Of a stretch of 64,000 nt of DNA, positions 29,225-38,683 are shown in pieces. The notes under the pieces are model-generated. The model did not search any database, was not told the DNA's origin, and saw nothing but the letters and a program-made list of their open reading frames with translations. Positions within the stretch are counted from its first letter, which is position 1. Each line of letters opens with the position of its first letter. The DNA comes from Gammaproteobacteria bacterium. GTDB taxonomy: Bacteria; Pseudomonadota; Gammaproteobacteria; UBA4575. A program made the translations under genes and the position numbers. The stretch is taken from positions 1,205,031 to 1,269,030 of the forward strand of contig OZ252002.1 of the NCBI GenBank assembly GCA_965247265.1. The letters are read 5' to 3'.

Positions 29225-30271
29225 ATGGTCTTAAATCAACAACCTATTAAAGGTTTCTTTCTGATTATTGTCTCAATAGCCTTCGCCCTGGTCCTAGGTG
29301 GGATTCTGATCGGAGTGATCGGCCTCAACGAGGAACAAGGCACGTTGGTTTTTGCGGTCTGTTTCGCACATTTTTGGCATCTTGGTGTCTCATGGGGTGG
29401 TTGGCCGGGGGGCCTAGTCACCCAGAACCGCATACTGCGAGGGTTGATCAATTGGTTATTGGCGATGCTCTCGGCCCTGATTACTCTAGGAATATGGTCC
29501 TGGGGTTATGGGCTGCCCTTCTACGAGACTCCAGTAGCACTGTGGGCCCAGACTTGCATCTTCATGGCAGTGATGCAGATCTTTTTGTTCCGTAACCGCT
29601 TGATCACACCATGGGATTTGGCCGACACCCTCGAGTGGGAAAATAACTCAAGACAACCACTTAACGGTATCGTAAATTTTCTGTTCGCGATTTTGTTCAT
29701 GCCCACGGCTTTATTCTTTGTACCGTCGATGTGGGGGATGGAACCGCTCTACATCCCATGGTATTGGTTCCCACTGTCCGTGGTGGTGGTGGACTTTTGC
29801 GATTGGTGGCCCTTTGACCGGCTTGGTCAGCCCCGTGCAGGGATCCTCAACACAGGAATGGTCGTGGTCGGCACAGTGCTCATGATGATTGTTTTCCACC
29901 ACCTCGGATTCGACTTTTTCGATGAGGGTGTGCCGGGGACGCAGGCGGCTATCTTTGCTGCGGTGTGGACGGCATTCGCTCTTATGCAGGGCTGGACGTT
30001 GAACATGTGGCCCTTTGGTCATTGGCACCGAGGTAAGAAGGCGGGTATAGCCCTCATTGTGACGCTATTGTTCTCAGCCGTTGCCTTTGTTGCTATTTTA
30101 AAATTTATATCCGTCGAACACTACAATGCTGTGATCTTCTGGCTGTTTGCCTGGTTATGGGCACTTGTGTGTCTAGCCGCACCGGGCTACTTCCATCTCT
30201 TTTTTTGGGGCTATGAGAAAAACCCCCATGCGGCGGGTACGCAGGGCGCAGGTTATTGTGGAAGCGCGTAA
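29225..30271 (+). CDS. Trp-rich polytopic membrane protein, hypothetical
   Basis: 348 aa with about 9-10 hydrophobic spans and no motif I recognise. GC is clearly higher than in the flanking DNA. Confidence 0.6.
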   Translation: MVLNQQPIKGFFLIIVSIAFALVLGGILIGVIGLNEEQGTLVFAVCFAHFWHLGVSWGGWPGGLVTQNRILRGLINWLLAMLSALITLGIWSWGYGLPFYETPVALWAQTCIFMAVMQIFLFRNRLITPWDLADTLEWENNSRQPLNGIVNFLFAILFMPTALFFVPSMWGMEPLYIPWYWFPLSVVVVDFCDWWPFDRLGQPRAGILNTGMVVVGTVLMMIVFHHLGFDFFDEGVPGTQAAIFAAVWTAFALMQGWTLNMWPFGHWHRGKKAGIALIVTLLFSAVAFVAILKFISVEHYNAVIFWLFAWLWALVCLAAPGYFHLFFWGYEKNPHAAGTQGAGYCGSA

Positions 30272-30486
30272 TTTTAAGGTACTCAATTCAATCGACGACA
30301 ATTGTAACCGGCGACGCATAAGATTCTTTTAGTAAAATCTAAAGGTATTACGACATTTCTCCATTATGCACTTCCATTGGCTGCAGTAGTTGTTTTGGCT
30401 TTCTAAATTTGTACGTTGAATGCATATTATTTCGATCGCCTAATGAGTAATAGATTCCTAATAAGTGATTTATAAAGTCTACCTTT

Positions 30487-30519
30487 GGAATGACCGCTAT
30501 TGGCTGAAAGCAGACATTC
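30487..30519 (+). repeat. palindromic intergenic element, copy B of 8 (divergent)
   Basis: GGAATGACCGCTATTGGCTGAAAGCAGACATTC. Confidence 0.7.
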
Positions 30520-30854
30520 GGTAATATAGAAATTATTTGTTTCTGCCAGAGCTAGTAAGTATTTGATTTGATGAAAATTCGCTTATCGATTTTATTAATA
30601 CTTATTTATTATCAAATCTTATTTGAGGGTTCTAAAGTATACCTATTACTATCTAATAGACGATCTATAAGAAAAGTAAATTTTACCGATTAATCAAGTA
30701 GTTAATACTTAATTTTTTCTGTGAGTAGGGTGATAAGAAATCTTTTTGAAGGCTCATGAGGTTAATTCGAGACTAGAATTAGAACCTGTCGATGCCACAT
30801 AAAATATTTTTTCGAAAATAATAATCTAGAGGTAATTACAGGAGGATCCATCCA

Positions 30855-31967
30855 ATGATAATTCGAGATAAAGAAGTACTTGTTCCTACCAGTATAGTGG
30901 GCAACTATCCTAACCCACGTTGGTGGGATCAACTATGGGCACATAATTTTACCGGAGATCAAGCATGTCCTGATGCGAAGGAGCGTGAAGCGTTGGAAGA
31001 TGTAATTACATCTATCGCGCATGACCAGGAAATGGCCGGGCTAGATATCATCTCAGATGGTCGCGTGCAAGGTGATAATTATGTCGATCAGATTGTGTAT
31101 TACTACCTGAAGCGTCTTGGCTACAGTATGCATGGGGAATATATGACTACACCACTTTATAGCGACTTGCACACGGTAACATGCTATCGAGATATTAAAC
31201 GATATGGGCCTATCATGATTCAACAGGCTAGAGCGTTGCAACGGGCTACGGACAAACCGATTAAAGTCCAATACACAGGAGTTCAAGCATTAGCTCAATG
31301 TACAAACGATAAATTTTATAAGTCCAGTTACGATCGCGCGATGGCGATAGCCGCAGCCTTGAACGAAGAAATACTTGAATTAGATGGCATGGGTATAGAT
31401 TTCATACAATTGGATGAATTTACATGGCCTTACTTATTTGAGGACTGGGCAATCGAAGCATACAACCGATGCGTTGATGGTGTGAAAAATTCTAAGATTG
31501 TAACGCACGTCTGTTGGGGAAATTACAAAGGTACTTACGGGTATTACATGGAAGAGGGAGCAGAGGATTTTGATATTACCAAACGAAAAGGTGAAAACCC
31601 GAGTAATAAAGCGGAGACCATTATACCAAAGTGTTATGAAGCTAATTTGGATGTAATTAATATTGAAAATTGCGGACGTTGCGAGGGTGAGCTGGATGTT
31701 CTGAAAAATCATCCACTGCCGGATAACATGTACTTTTGGGCGGGTGTTATCGATATTAAAAGCACTATTGTAGAGACTGCTGATGAAGTCGCAGATCGCA
31801 TTCGTAATTTACTCAAGTATGTTCCTGCAGATCGCCTTGGCATTACTACCGATTGTGGCCTGATTCATTTTTGGCGCTACATTGCTTTCGAAAAGATGAG
31901 AGCACTTGTAGAAGGTACCAAGATTGTGCGGGAAGAGTTACAACAAAAATCCAAAAAAGCGGCCTGA
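30855..31967 (+). CDS. MetE C-terminal-domain-like Zn-dependent alkyl/methyltransferase (candidate epoxyalkane:coenzyme M transferase-like enzyme)
   Basis: 370 aa. N-terminal VPTSIVGNYPNPRWW. Zn-ligand pattern His-x-Cys (THVCWGN) plus a distal Cys (TTDCGL), as in cobalamin-independent methionine synthase family proteins. Confidence 0.7.
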   Translation: MIIRDKEVLVPTSIVGNYPNPRWWDQLWAHNFTGDQACPDAKEREALEDVITSIAHDQEMAGLDIISDGRVQGDNYVDQIVYYYLKRLGYSMHGEYMTTPLYSDLHTVTCYRDIKRYGPIMIQQARALQRATDKPIKVQYTGVQALAQCTNDKFYKSSYDRAMAIAAALNEEILELDGMGIDFIQLDEFTWPYLFEDWAIEAYNRCVDGVKNSKIVTHVCWGNYKGTYGYYMEEGAEDFDITKRKGENPSNKAETIIPKCYEANLDVINIENCGRCEGELDVLKNHPLPDNMYFWAGVIDIKSTIVETADEVADRIRNLLKYVPADRLGITTDCGLIHFWRYIAFEKMRALVEGTKIVREELQQKSKKAA

Positions 31968-32002
31968 TAACCTATAAAAAATGAATTAAGGAGAATTAAT
32001 CA

Positions 32003-32212
32003 ATGCCTGTTCTTACACTGCATTGCCCTAACTGTGAACGAAACTTCAAAGGTATGGTGATGTTCGGAGCAACAATGCCTGAAGTATGGGTTTGCTCGGT
32101 ATGTAAAAGTGACCGAGCAACTCCTATACACGAAGAGAATCATTCTCATCCTTGGGCGAAAGATCCATGTGATCATGATTCCCATAAAACCTGTCCTTGT
32201 TGCGTGGTGTGA
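32003..32212 (+). CDS. small Cys/His-rich zinc-ribbon protein, hypothetical
   Basis: 69 aa. CPNC ... CSVC ribbon, then a HEENHSHPWAKDPCDHDSHKTCPCC tail. Wedged tightly between operon genes. Confidence 0.5.
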   Translation: MPVLTLHCPNCERNFKGMVMFGATMPEVWVCSVCKSDRATPIHEENHSHPWAKDPCDHDSHKTCPCCVV

Positions 32213-32214
32213 CG

Positions 32215-33159
32215 ATGAGTGCACTCTCCATTTCAACTGCTGAGAACAAGTGTACTGATATCGAAGCATTAGCTTTAATGGTAGAAAGTGGAAATTGTTT
32301 GGCAGTTGGCGGTGGCTTATCTTCACGCGAACCAATGGCGCTGATCCGTTCAATTATTCGCAACAATGTTAGCAATCTAACGGTTGTTGGTTCTGCTCAT
32401 GGTATCGATATTGATTTGTTATGTGGCGCTAATGCTGTATCTGCATCGCAAGAGAGCTATGTAGGTTTTGAACAAGATTTTGGCATGGCGCAAAACTATC
32501 GGCAGGGTTGCGAAAGTGGAAAAATAGAAATACAAGACAATTGTTGTTATACCTTGGTGCAACAACTTCGTGCCTCGATTCAAGGTCTGCCGTTTATGCC
32601 TATACAGTCTGTTCGAGGCACTGATTTTGAAAAAAATCCACGATATAAAACGATACAGTGTCCTTATTCTGGCGAGGACATATTAGTGGTACCTTCACTT
32701 ACACCTGATGTTGCAATTCTTCATGCACAGTATGCTGATTCTCATGGTAATTTGAGAATAGAAGGTCCTCCTGTCGTTGATTTACTATTTGCGCATGCAT
32801 CTAAAAAAGTATTAGCAACTGTGGAGAAAATTGTAACGAGCGAGGAAATGCAACAACTGGGTGGTGCAAATATTCCTTATTTTTACGTAACAAATTTTGC
32901 AAAAGTACCAATGGGTGCGCATCCAACGGCTTGCTATCCTTTTTATGCATATGATCGTGAGCATACAAAATTGTACGTGTCTGCTGCTAAAGAAGGACCA
33001 GCTGCATTCCAAAATAAATATTTAAAGCATTTTGTTTATGACTGTGAAAGTCATGATGAATATCTTGATCGAATTGGTGGCGCAAACACGAAATCAAAAT
33101 TATCGAGTTGGAAAGAGTCAAATGATGCATGGATGGAGCTGTATAAGGAAAGTGCGTAG
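32215..33159 (+). CDS. glutaconate CoA-transferase subunit A-like protein (family I CoA-transferase fold)
   Basis: About 314 aa from the ATG at 32215, which is 2 nt after the upstream stop. ESGNCLAVGGGLSSREPMALIRSII ... LTVVGSAHG ... ILHAQYADSHGNL. Confidence 0.75.
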   Translation: MSALSISTAENKCTDIEALALMVESGNCLAVGGGLSSREPMALIRSIIRNNVSNLTVVGSAHGIDIDLLCGANAVSASQESYVGFEQDFGMAQNYRQGCESGKIEIQDNCCYTLVQQLRASIQGLPFMPIQSVRGTDFEKNPRYKTIQCPYSGEDILVVPSLTPDVAILHAQYADSHGNLRIEGPPVVDLLFAHASKKVLATVEKIVTSEEMQQLGGANIPYFYVTNFAKVPMGAHPTACYPFYAYDREHTKLYVSAAKEGPAAFQNKYLKHFVYDCESHDEYLDRIGGANTKSKLSSWKESNDAWMELYKESA

Positions 33160-33161
33160 AC

Positions 33162-34016
33162 ATGGAACACAGCTGTACACTGGGTGAGTTGCTCATCGAT
33201 CAATTAGCGCGAACTGTTGATGACAACTCATTAGTATTCCATGGTTTCGGATCACCTTTAGTTCAAATAGCACTGCATGTTGCTAAACGTGTATACGCTC
33301 CCAACTTAGTGCTAGTAGCAGGCGCTACCTATGGCGTTAACCCAAATCCTCCTTTTATTGCACCCACGACTAACGACTGGGTACATGATCGAAATGCCGA
33401 ATGCCATTTGAGTATTGGAGAATTATTCGATTTGTCTGCGAGTGGACGTCTGGGACGAATGTTTTTATCAGGTTTACAAATTGATCGGTGGGGTAATACC
33501 AACGTCACTCAACTGGGACGTAAAGCTCTTAAACTAAAACTACCAGGTGGTGGTGGTGCCTGTAATTTATCGTGTAATACTAAATACATTACGTTGTGGA
33601 CTGCTGCTCATCGTGCAGAACCTGTAAAAGGAAAGCGACGCTATCGCATTGTTTCACAGTGTGACTACATTACCGGTTTAGGACACAGGAATACAGATGG
33701 AACTACAAGACAGCAACTTGGATACCGAGGTAACGGACCGCAGTGGCTGGTAACTGACTTAGGTGTTTTCGACTTCAATAAAGATGGGCATTTACGATTA
33801 CATTCCCTATACCCTCATACTTGCGTAAATGATGTTATTGAAAATACGGAGTTTGAACCAAAAATCAAAAAAGAACTTAAGACCGTTTCACTTCCTTCGA
33901 TTGAAGTGCTTTCGATAATTCGAAATCTGGATCCTCTTCGAATTTATGAAAGAGAATTATTACCTAAGGACCGTTCCGTGACATTAAATGGAAGTAAGCA
34001 TGCAGCAATTTGTTGA
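33162..34016 (+). CDS. glutaconate CoA-transferase subunit B-like protein lacking the catalytic Glu motif
   Basis: 284 aa. VAKRVYAPNLVLVAGATYG, LQIDRWGNTNVT, PQWLVTDLGVFDF, DVIENTEFEP. No E(S/N)G motif anywhere in the protein. Confidence 0.7.
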   Translation: MEHSCTLGELLIDQLARTVDDNSLVFHGFGSPLVQIALHVAKRVYAPNLVLVAGATYGVNPNPPFIAPTTNDWVHDRNAECHLSIGELFDLSASGRLGRMFLSGLQIDRWGNTNVTQLGRKALKLKLPGGGGACNLSCNTKYITLWTAAHRAEPVKGKRRYRIVSQCDYITGLGHRNTDGTTRQQLGYRGNGPQWLVTDLGVFDFNKDGHLRLHSLYPHTCVNDVIENTEFEPKIKKELKTVSLPSIEVLSIIRNLDPLRIYERELLPKDRSVTLNGSKHAAIC

Positions 34017-34944
34017 AAAAAGTTCAGAAGATAATACTCAATCAGATTCTTTAACTAGGTATCGAGATAAAAAAAATGTAGTTCCATTACCTTATCGGGG
34101 AACTAGTGTTCAGAAATATGCAGGAGAAATGACTGAAAAAGCAATTCAATCAGCATTCCTAGGAAAAGAAGCCTATCGACGTACCGAATTCATTGTACTT
34201 AAAGGAAGTGATAACAATAATGCAGTTGTCGCGATTCAGAAATCAGACTATGAGCCTTTATTTTCAAATATTACTCATGTTGAAGTACTAGGACTCCCAG
34301 ATAATTGCATATATATAAATGACAGTAGTGTGGATTGTGCTAATCGGTCTGCATTGGCAGAACTCGCATTTCGCAATCAAATTGGAAAAGAGCAGATATG
34401 TATTGTTGAAGGTAAGTATGATCATGTAAATTTCATATATCGGCCTGATCCGCTTGTGTTACAAGTATTGGAAGTAGAGCCACCGTCACCTCCTAAACTA
34501 TATAGCATGGTACAACAGGTATTAGGCTATGCTGATTTACCGCCTATTCGTGTTGAACTGAAAACAATCGATGTAAGAGATTTATGTAGCAGTGTAGATC
34601 CTGAATGTTATTTGTTGCCATGTAGATCTGGCGGCATGGATCAGCTAAAAAAACCAGTATATTTCTTGGATGAACGTCCCAAGCAACGTCAAAACTGGGT
34701 TTTGATCGGCTGTGAAAGAAGTCTTCAATTTCATCGACACTACTATGGTGATGAGCCACCACGTGTTGAGATGTGTCCTCGTAAACTCAATTCAACTGAC
34801 GACGAAGCTACTATACTTAAGTGTTGTTTGCTTGAGTTTGATATTGAGAGAGAAGGTAACACGATGATTGTTCCATGGGGTGCTGATCTGGCAATGGTAG
34901 AAGCAGCATTGCGAGAACTTTCAAGGGAGATTGAATATGTTTAA
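33988..34944 (+). CDS. hypothetical protein (Cys-rich, no recognised domain)
   Basis: 318 aa with an alternative ATG at 34000. It overlaps both neighbours, so it is translationally coupled inside the operon. Confidence 0.55.
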   Translation: MEVSMQQFVEKSSEDNTQSDSLTRYRDKKNVVPLPYRGTSVQKYAGEMTEKAIQSAFLGKEAYRRTEFIVLKGSDNNNAVVAIQKSDYEPLFSNITHVEVLGLPDNCIYINDSSVDCANRSALAELAFRNQIGKEQICIVEGKYDHVNFIYRPDPLVLQVLEVEPPSPPKLYSMVQQVLGYADLPPIRVELKTIDVRDLCSSVDPECYLLPCRSGGMDQLKKPVYFLDERPKQRQNWVLIGCERSLQFHRHYYGDEPPRVEMCPRKLNSTDDEATILKCCLLEFDIEREGNTMIVPWGADLAMVEAALRELSREIEYV

Positions 34945-35803
34945 GTCTGCTTGGGATGGGATTCACGTAATCAGTGACTCCATGAAAGAGCGTGTGGAGC
35001 GACCCAAAAACATAGGTATGACAATGGTGATCGATACTTGTGTTGGTCTACAGATGTTGAGGGATGTGCTCCAGCTTTCAAATAAATATATAGATCATTG
35101 GAAGTGTAGCTATGGGGTATCTGCAGTGATGCCTTCTAACATTCTTCATCAAAAACTCGAGATGCTAAATGAATATAACATTAACACTTTCCCCGGAGGA
35201 ACGTTATTAGAGGCAGCTATCATTCAGAAAAATTGTCAATCATATATGGTGAGAGCTAAAGAAATTGGATTTCATTCAGCTGAAATTTCTGATGGGACCA
35301 TAACATTACCAAGTGTGCGAAGACGTAATGCAATTTTGTGCGCACTAGAAAATGGATTAATTCCAATTACAGAGGTTGGAAAAAAAGATCCCACGAAGCA
35401 GCCAAGTCCTGAGGAGCTTTCCGACCAAATTCTGCAAGATTTATATTGGGGCGCTGAGTATGTGATTGTCGATGCAAGGGAATCTGGATGTGGAGTCGGT
35501 ATATTTGATCAGCAAGGCGATATGAAATTGGATGTATTTATGAAAATTTTATCGGCAATTGGTAAAAAAGTAGAAAAAGTTATTTGGGAAGCACCGTTAA
35601 AAAAACAACAAGTCGAACTTATAAAGAAAATTGGACCAAACGTAAATTTAGGAAATGTCAATCCAATGGATATTTTGCTCTTGGAATCATTGCGACTAGG
35701 ACTTCATTATGAATCATTGCGGGAAATTGCAGATGAATCTGTACAAAGTGGTAGATGGGATCCAGAAGCAATCGAATCTACTGATAAAAAGAAAACTGCC
35801 TGA
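34931..35803 (+). CDS. comA: (2R)-phospho-3-sulfolactate synthase (ComA family)
   Basis: 290 aa. FPGGTLLEAA, AEISDGT, TEVGKK, DARESGCGVGIFD, WEAPLKKQQVELIKKIGPNVNLGNV, LESLRLGL. This is near-diagnostic of the ComA family. Confidence 0.9.
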   Translation: MNMFKSAWDGIHVISDSMKERVERPKNIGMTMVIDTCVGLQMLRDVLQLSNKYIDHWKCSYGVSAVMPSNILHQKLEMLNEYNINTFPGGTLLEAAIIQKNCQSYMVRAKEIGFHSAEISDGTITLPSVRRRNAILCALENGLIPITEVGKKDPTKQPSPEELSDQILQDLYWGAEYVIVDARESGCGVGIFDQQGDMKLDVFMKILSAIGKKVEKVIWEAPLKKQQVELIKKIGPNVNLGNVNPMDILLLESLRLGLHYESLREIADESVQSGRWDPEAIESTDKKKTA

Positions 35804-35816
35804 GAATTAGAAAAAA

Positions 35817-37334
35817 ATGAGAGAAGTAATTCCAGATTCCAATATGGCGTTGTGTATCGATGGTCGCTTATCACAACCTCCTGAAGAAGTATTGGTTTCA
35901 AGTGCATTCGCACAAGAACTTCATGAGCAGTTATGGTTATTAAAAGAAATGAGTTGGGTGGATATGGCGCATGTAATCAGCTTAATTGAAGCCGGTGTCA
36001 TAGAGAATAAAGTTGGCGCTGACTTATTAAGTGCATTACGTAAATTACAAGAAAATTCAACAGAATTTCAGCCAGATCCAATGTGCGGCGATCTATTTAC
36101 AAACAGAGAAGTATGGTTAGAGCAACACACTAGTGCAGTGGGATGGTTATGCGCAGGAAGAGCACGTAGAGAGGGTACTACAGTATCTTATCACTTAACA
36201 ATTAAAAAGTTATTACTTACGTTGGCAGATGAGATATCAAAACTAATACACGCAATGTTAGTGCAGGCAGCCTCCCACAGTGCATCAATCATGCCTGATT
36301 ACACCTATATGCAGGCAGGACAACCAACATCATTTGGACATTATTTACTTTCATTTGTATTCATGCTTACGCGTGACCTTGCGCGCATCAATTCTCTCTA
36401 CGATAGAGTCGATTGTTGTCCGGCCGGATGTGGAGGTATTAACGGATCGACGTTACAGATTGATAGAGACAAATTAGCAACACTATTAGGTTTCGCTAAG
36501 CCCGTCATGCATACAAGAGATGCAATGTGGCAATCCGATATTTCCATTGAAGTAGTATCAACATTAACTTCTATATTTATTACTTTAGATCGATTAAGTG
36601 AAGATTTGCTCTATTTCGTTACGAAAGAATTCGATTACATTGAATTACAAGATGCCTATTCAAGAGCCAGCAAAATCATGCCACAGAAAAAAAATCCCTA
36701 TGGGCTAGCGTATATTCGCGCACTGGCAAATAAGGTGATTGGAATACAAACTATGGTGGTTGCAACACAACGCACACCAACAGGGCAAATCGATAATCGC
36801 ATATTCGTATATGGTGAAATTCCAAATGCTCTCAATATGTGTATAGATGGCATTTGTTTATTAACTAAAATATTAGAAGGATTGCAATTTAATACTCCAC
36901 GTGCACTCAATAGAGTAAAAGAAAGCTTTGCTATGGCCACAGAGTTGGCTGAATTAATTTCGACTGAAAATAATTTGGATTATAGAACTGCACATAAGAT
37001 TATTGGAAAGATTGTTCGTAATTATTCTCAATCTAAAAAATATTTATCTGAGCTAACAGAATTAGAGTTAAACGAAGTTGCAAACGAGGTAATAGGCCGT
37101 TCAATATCATGTCCTAAGCATATCTTGGAGGCATTGAAATCACCGGAAGCTGCTATCGAGAAAAAGTCTGGTTTGGGAGGGGCGTCTCAAGCCAGAGTAA
37201 ATGAGATGATTGAATATAATAAAGGTGAGGTAAATCATTATCAAAGTTGGATAACAAATGAACGAGGAAAATTAAAACATGCAGAAAGTTCATTATTAAA
37301 ACATACAGAAAAAATAATAAATCAAGCTCAATGA
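35817..37334 (+). CDS. aspartase/fumarase-superfamily lyase, argininosuccinate-lyase-like
   Basis: 505 aa. Signature loop SRASKIMPQKKNPYGLAYIRA (compare GSSLMPQKKNP of ArgH). Confidence 0.8.
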   Translation: MREVIPDSNMALCIDGRLSQPPEEVLVSSAFAQELHEQLWLLKEMSWVDMAHVISLIEAGVIENKVGADLLSALRKLQENSTEFQPDPMCGDLFTNREVWLEQHTSAVGWLCAGRARREGTTVSYHLTIKKLLLTLADEISKLIHAMLVQAASHSASIMPDYTYMQAGQPTSFGHYLLSFVFMLTRDLARINSLYDRVDCCPAGCGGINGSTLQIDRDKLATLLGFAKPVMHTRDAMWQSDISIEVVSTLTSIFITLDRLSEDLLYFVTKEFDYIELQDAYSRASKIMPQKKNPYGLAYIRALANKVIGIQTMVVATQRTPTGQIDNRIFVYGEIPNALNMCIDGICLLTKILEGLQFNTPRALNRVKESFAMATELAELISTENNLDYRTAHKIIGKIVRNYSQSKKYLSELTELELNEVANEVIGRSISCPKHILEALKSPEAAIEKKSGLGGASQARVNEMIEYNKGEVNHYQSWITNERGKLKHAESSLLKHTEKIINQAQ

Positions 37335-38683
37335 CTTCACTATTTTTAGAGTCTTCTATTTATCAAAATTCTTGGAGCACAGAATCGCTTCGTAAAATTT
37401 TTGATGAAAAAGCAAGAATTAGAACGTGGTTGGGAATATTAACTGTATTAGCTGAAGTTCAATCAAAATTTAAGTTAATACCAGAAACAGCTGGAAACTC
37501 TATTAAGAATTTTTGTAATGAAATCACAATTGATGATGAGTTTCTTAAAGATACAAAAATAGGATTTGAGCAAAGTGGCCACTCTATGCAAGGGTTCATT
37601 GATGCTTTAACAAAGCGTGGAGACGAAGATGTAAAGAATTGGCTATATTACGGTGCTACTGTACAAGATGTAACAGACACTTGGTTTTCAATTGTTTTAA
37701 GAGACGCTCGTGAGCAATTTCTTTTAGATTTAAATGCGATACGTTTAACCGCAAAGAATCTTATAAGTGAGCATCGCGATACTATCATGCCAGGGCGTAC
37801 CCATGGTCAACATGGTTTGCCCATAACGTTTGGGTTTAAAGTTGCGGGCTGGGCATGTGAGCTCGATCGTCATCGAACTCGATTATCACAGCTAGGAAAT
37901 CGCATGGACGAGGGGCAATTATGCGGAGGAGTTGGATCACTGTCATCACTCGGTAGTCAAGGTTTGGAGATACAAAAGGAATTTTGTGACCAACTTGGAT
38001 TACGTGAACCGATCATTTCTTGGACTTCTAGTCGTGATGTATTTGCAGAGTGGGGTCAATTATTAGTACTTATTACTGGAACTGCAGATCGTATTGGTCA
38101 TGAGATTTATAACCTTCAGCGTACAGAAATAGCAGAGCTAGTTGAGAACTCACCAATAGACACTGTAGGCAGCATTACAATGCCGCATAAACAAAATCCA
38201 GAAATATCAGAACATTTGGGTACGCTTGCTAGAGTCGTTCGTCACAATGCTGCAATTCTTCTTGAAGGACTGGTAAATGATCATGAACGGGATGGTCGCT
38301 CTTGGAAAAGTGAGTGGCATGTTTTACCGCTTATTACTTTAGTATCGGGTAAATCATTAGAGCTTCTAAAATTAATATTATCTAACTTAGAAGTGCATAC
38401 AGATCAAATGCAAAAGAATTTAGAAATTAGCGCCGAGCAAGTATTTTCAGAAGGTGTAATGTTGGCATTAGCTAAAATTCTTGGGAAAAATCAAGCTCAA
38501 AAAATAGTTTACAGAGAGGCCAAATATGCACGAGAAAAAGGAGTGTCTTTTAAAGAGTCTATTTTACGTAACCCCGAAATTTCATCTAATTTAAGTAAAG
38601 AGAATATTGAAGAAATTTTCAGCTATAAGAATCGGTTAGGCTTATGTACTGCGATGGTTGATAGGGTGCTTGATAAGATATGA
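37331..38683 (+). CDS. aspartase/fumarase-superfamily lyase, adenylosuccinate-lyase / CMLE-like
   Basis: 450 aa. MPGRTHGQHGLPITFG and signature loop GSITMPHKQNPEISE (compare GSSAMPHKRNP). ATGA overlap with the previous gene. Confidence 0.8.
   Translation: MTSLFLESSIYQNSWSTESLRKIFDEKARIRTWLGILTVLAEVQSKFKLIPETAGNSIKNFCNEITIDDEFLKDTKIGFEQSGHSMQGFIDALTKRGDEDVKNWLYYGATVQDVTDTWFSIVLRDAREQFLLDLNAIRLTAKNLISEHRDTIMPGRTHGQHGLPITFGFKVAGWACELDRHRTRLSQLGNRMDEGQLCGGVGSLSSLGSQGLEIQKEFCDQLGLREPIISWTSSRDVFAEWGQLLVLITGTADRIGHEIYNLQRTEIAELVENSPIDTVGSITMPHKQNPEISEHLGTLARVVRHNAAILLEGLVNDHERDGRSWKSEWHVLPLITLVSGKSLELLKLILSNLEVHTDQMQKNLEISAEQVFSEGVMLALAKILGKNQAQKIVYREAKYAREKGVSFKESILRNPEISSNLSKENIEEIFSYKNRLGLCTAMVDRVLDKI

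Noticed and set aside
30272-30854. Cobalamin riboswitch upstream of the MetE-like gene
   Set aside because: The 580-nt leader is AT-rich. I could not find a B12 box (GCCACTG-like) or the GC-rich helices expected of the riboswitch.
35817-38683. Housekeeping argH and purB
   Set aside because: Both genes are translationally coupled to comA and a DcyD-type gene inside an island-borne operon. They are not with arginine or purine genes. This cannot be excluded without the rest of the genome, so it is listed as a refutation test.
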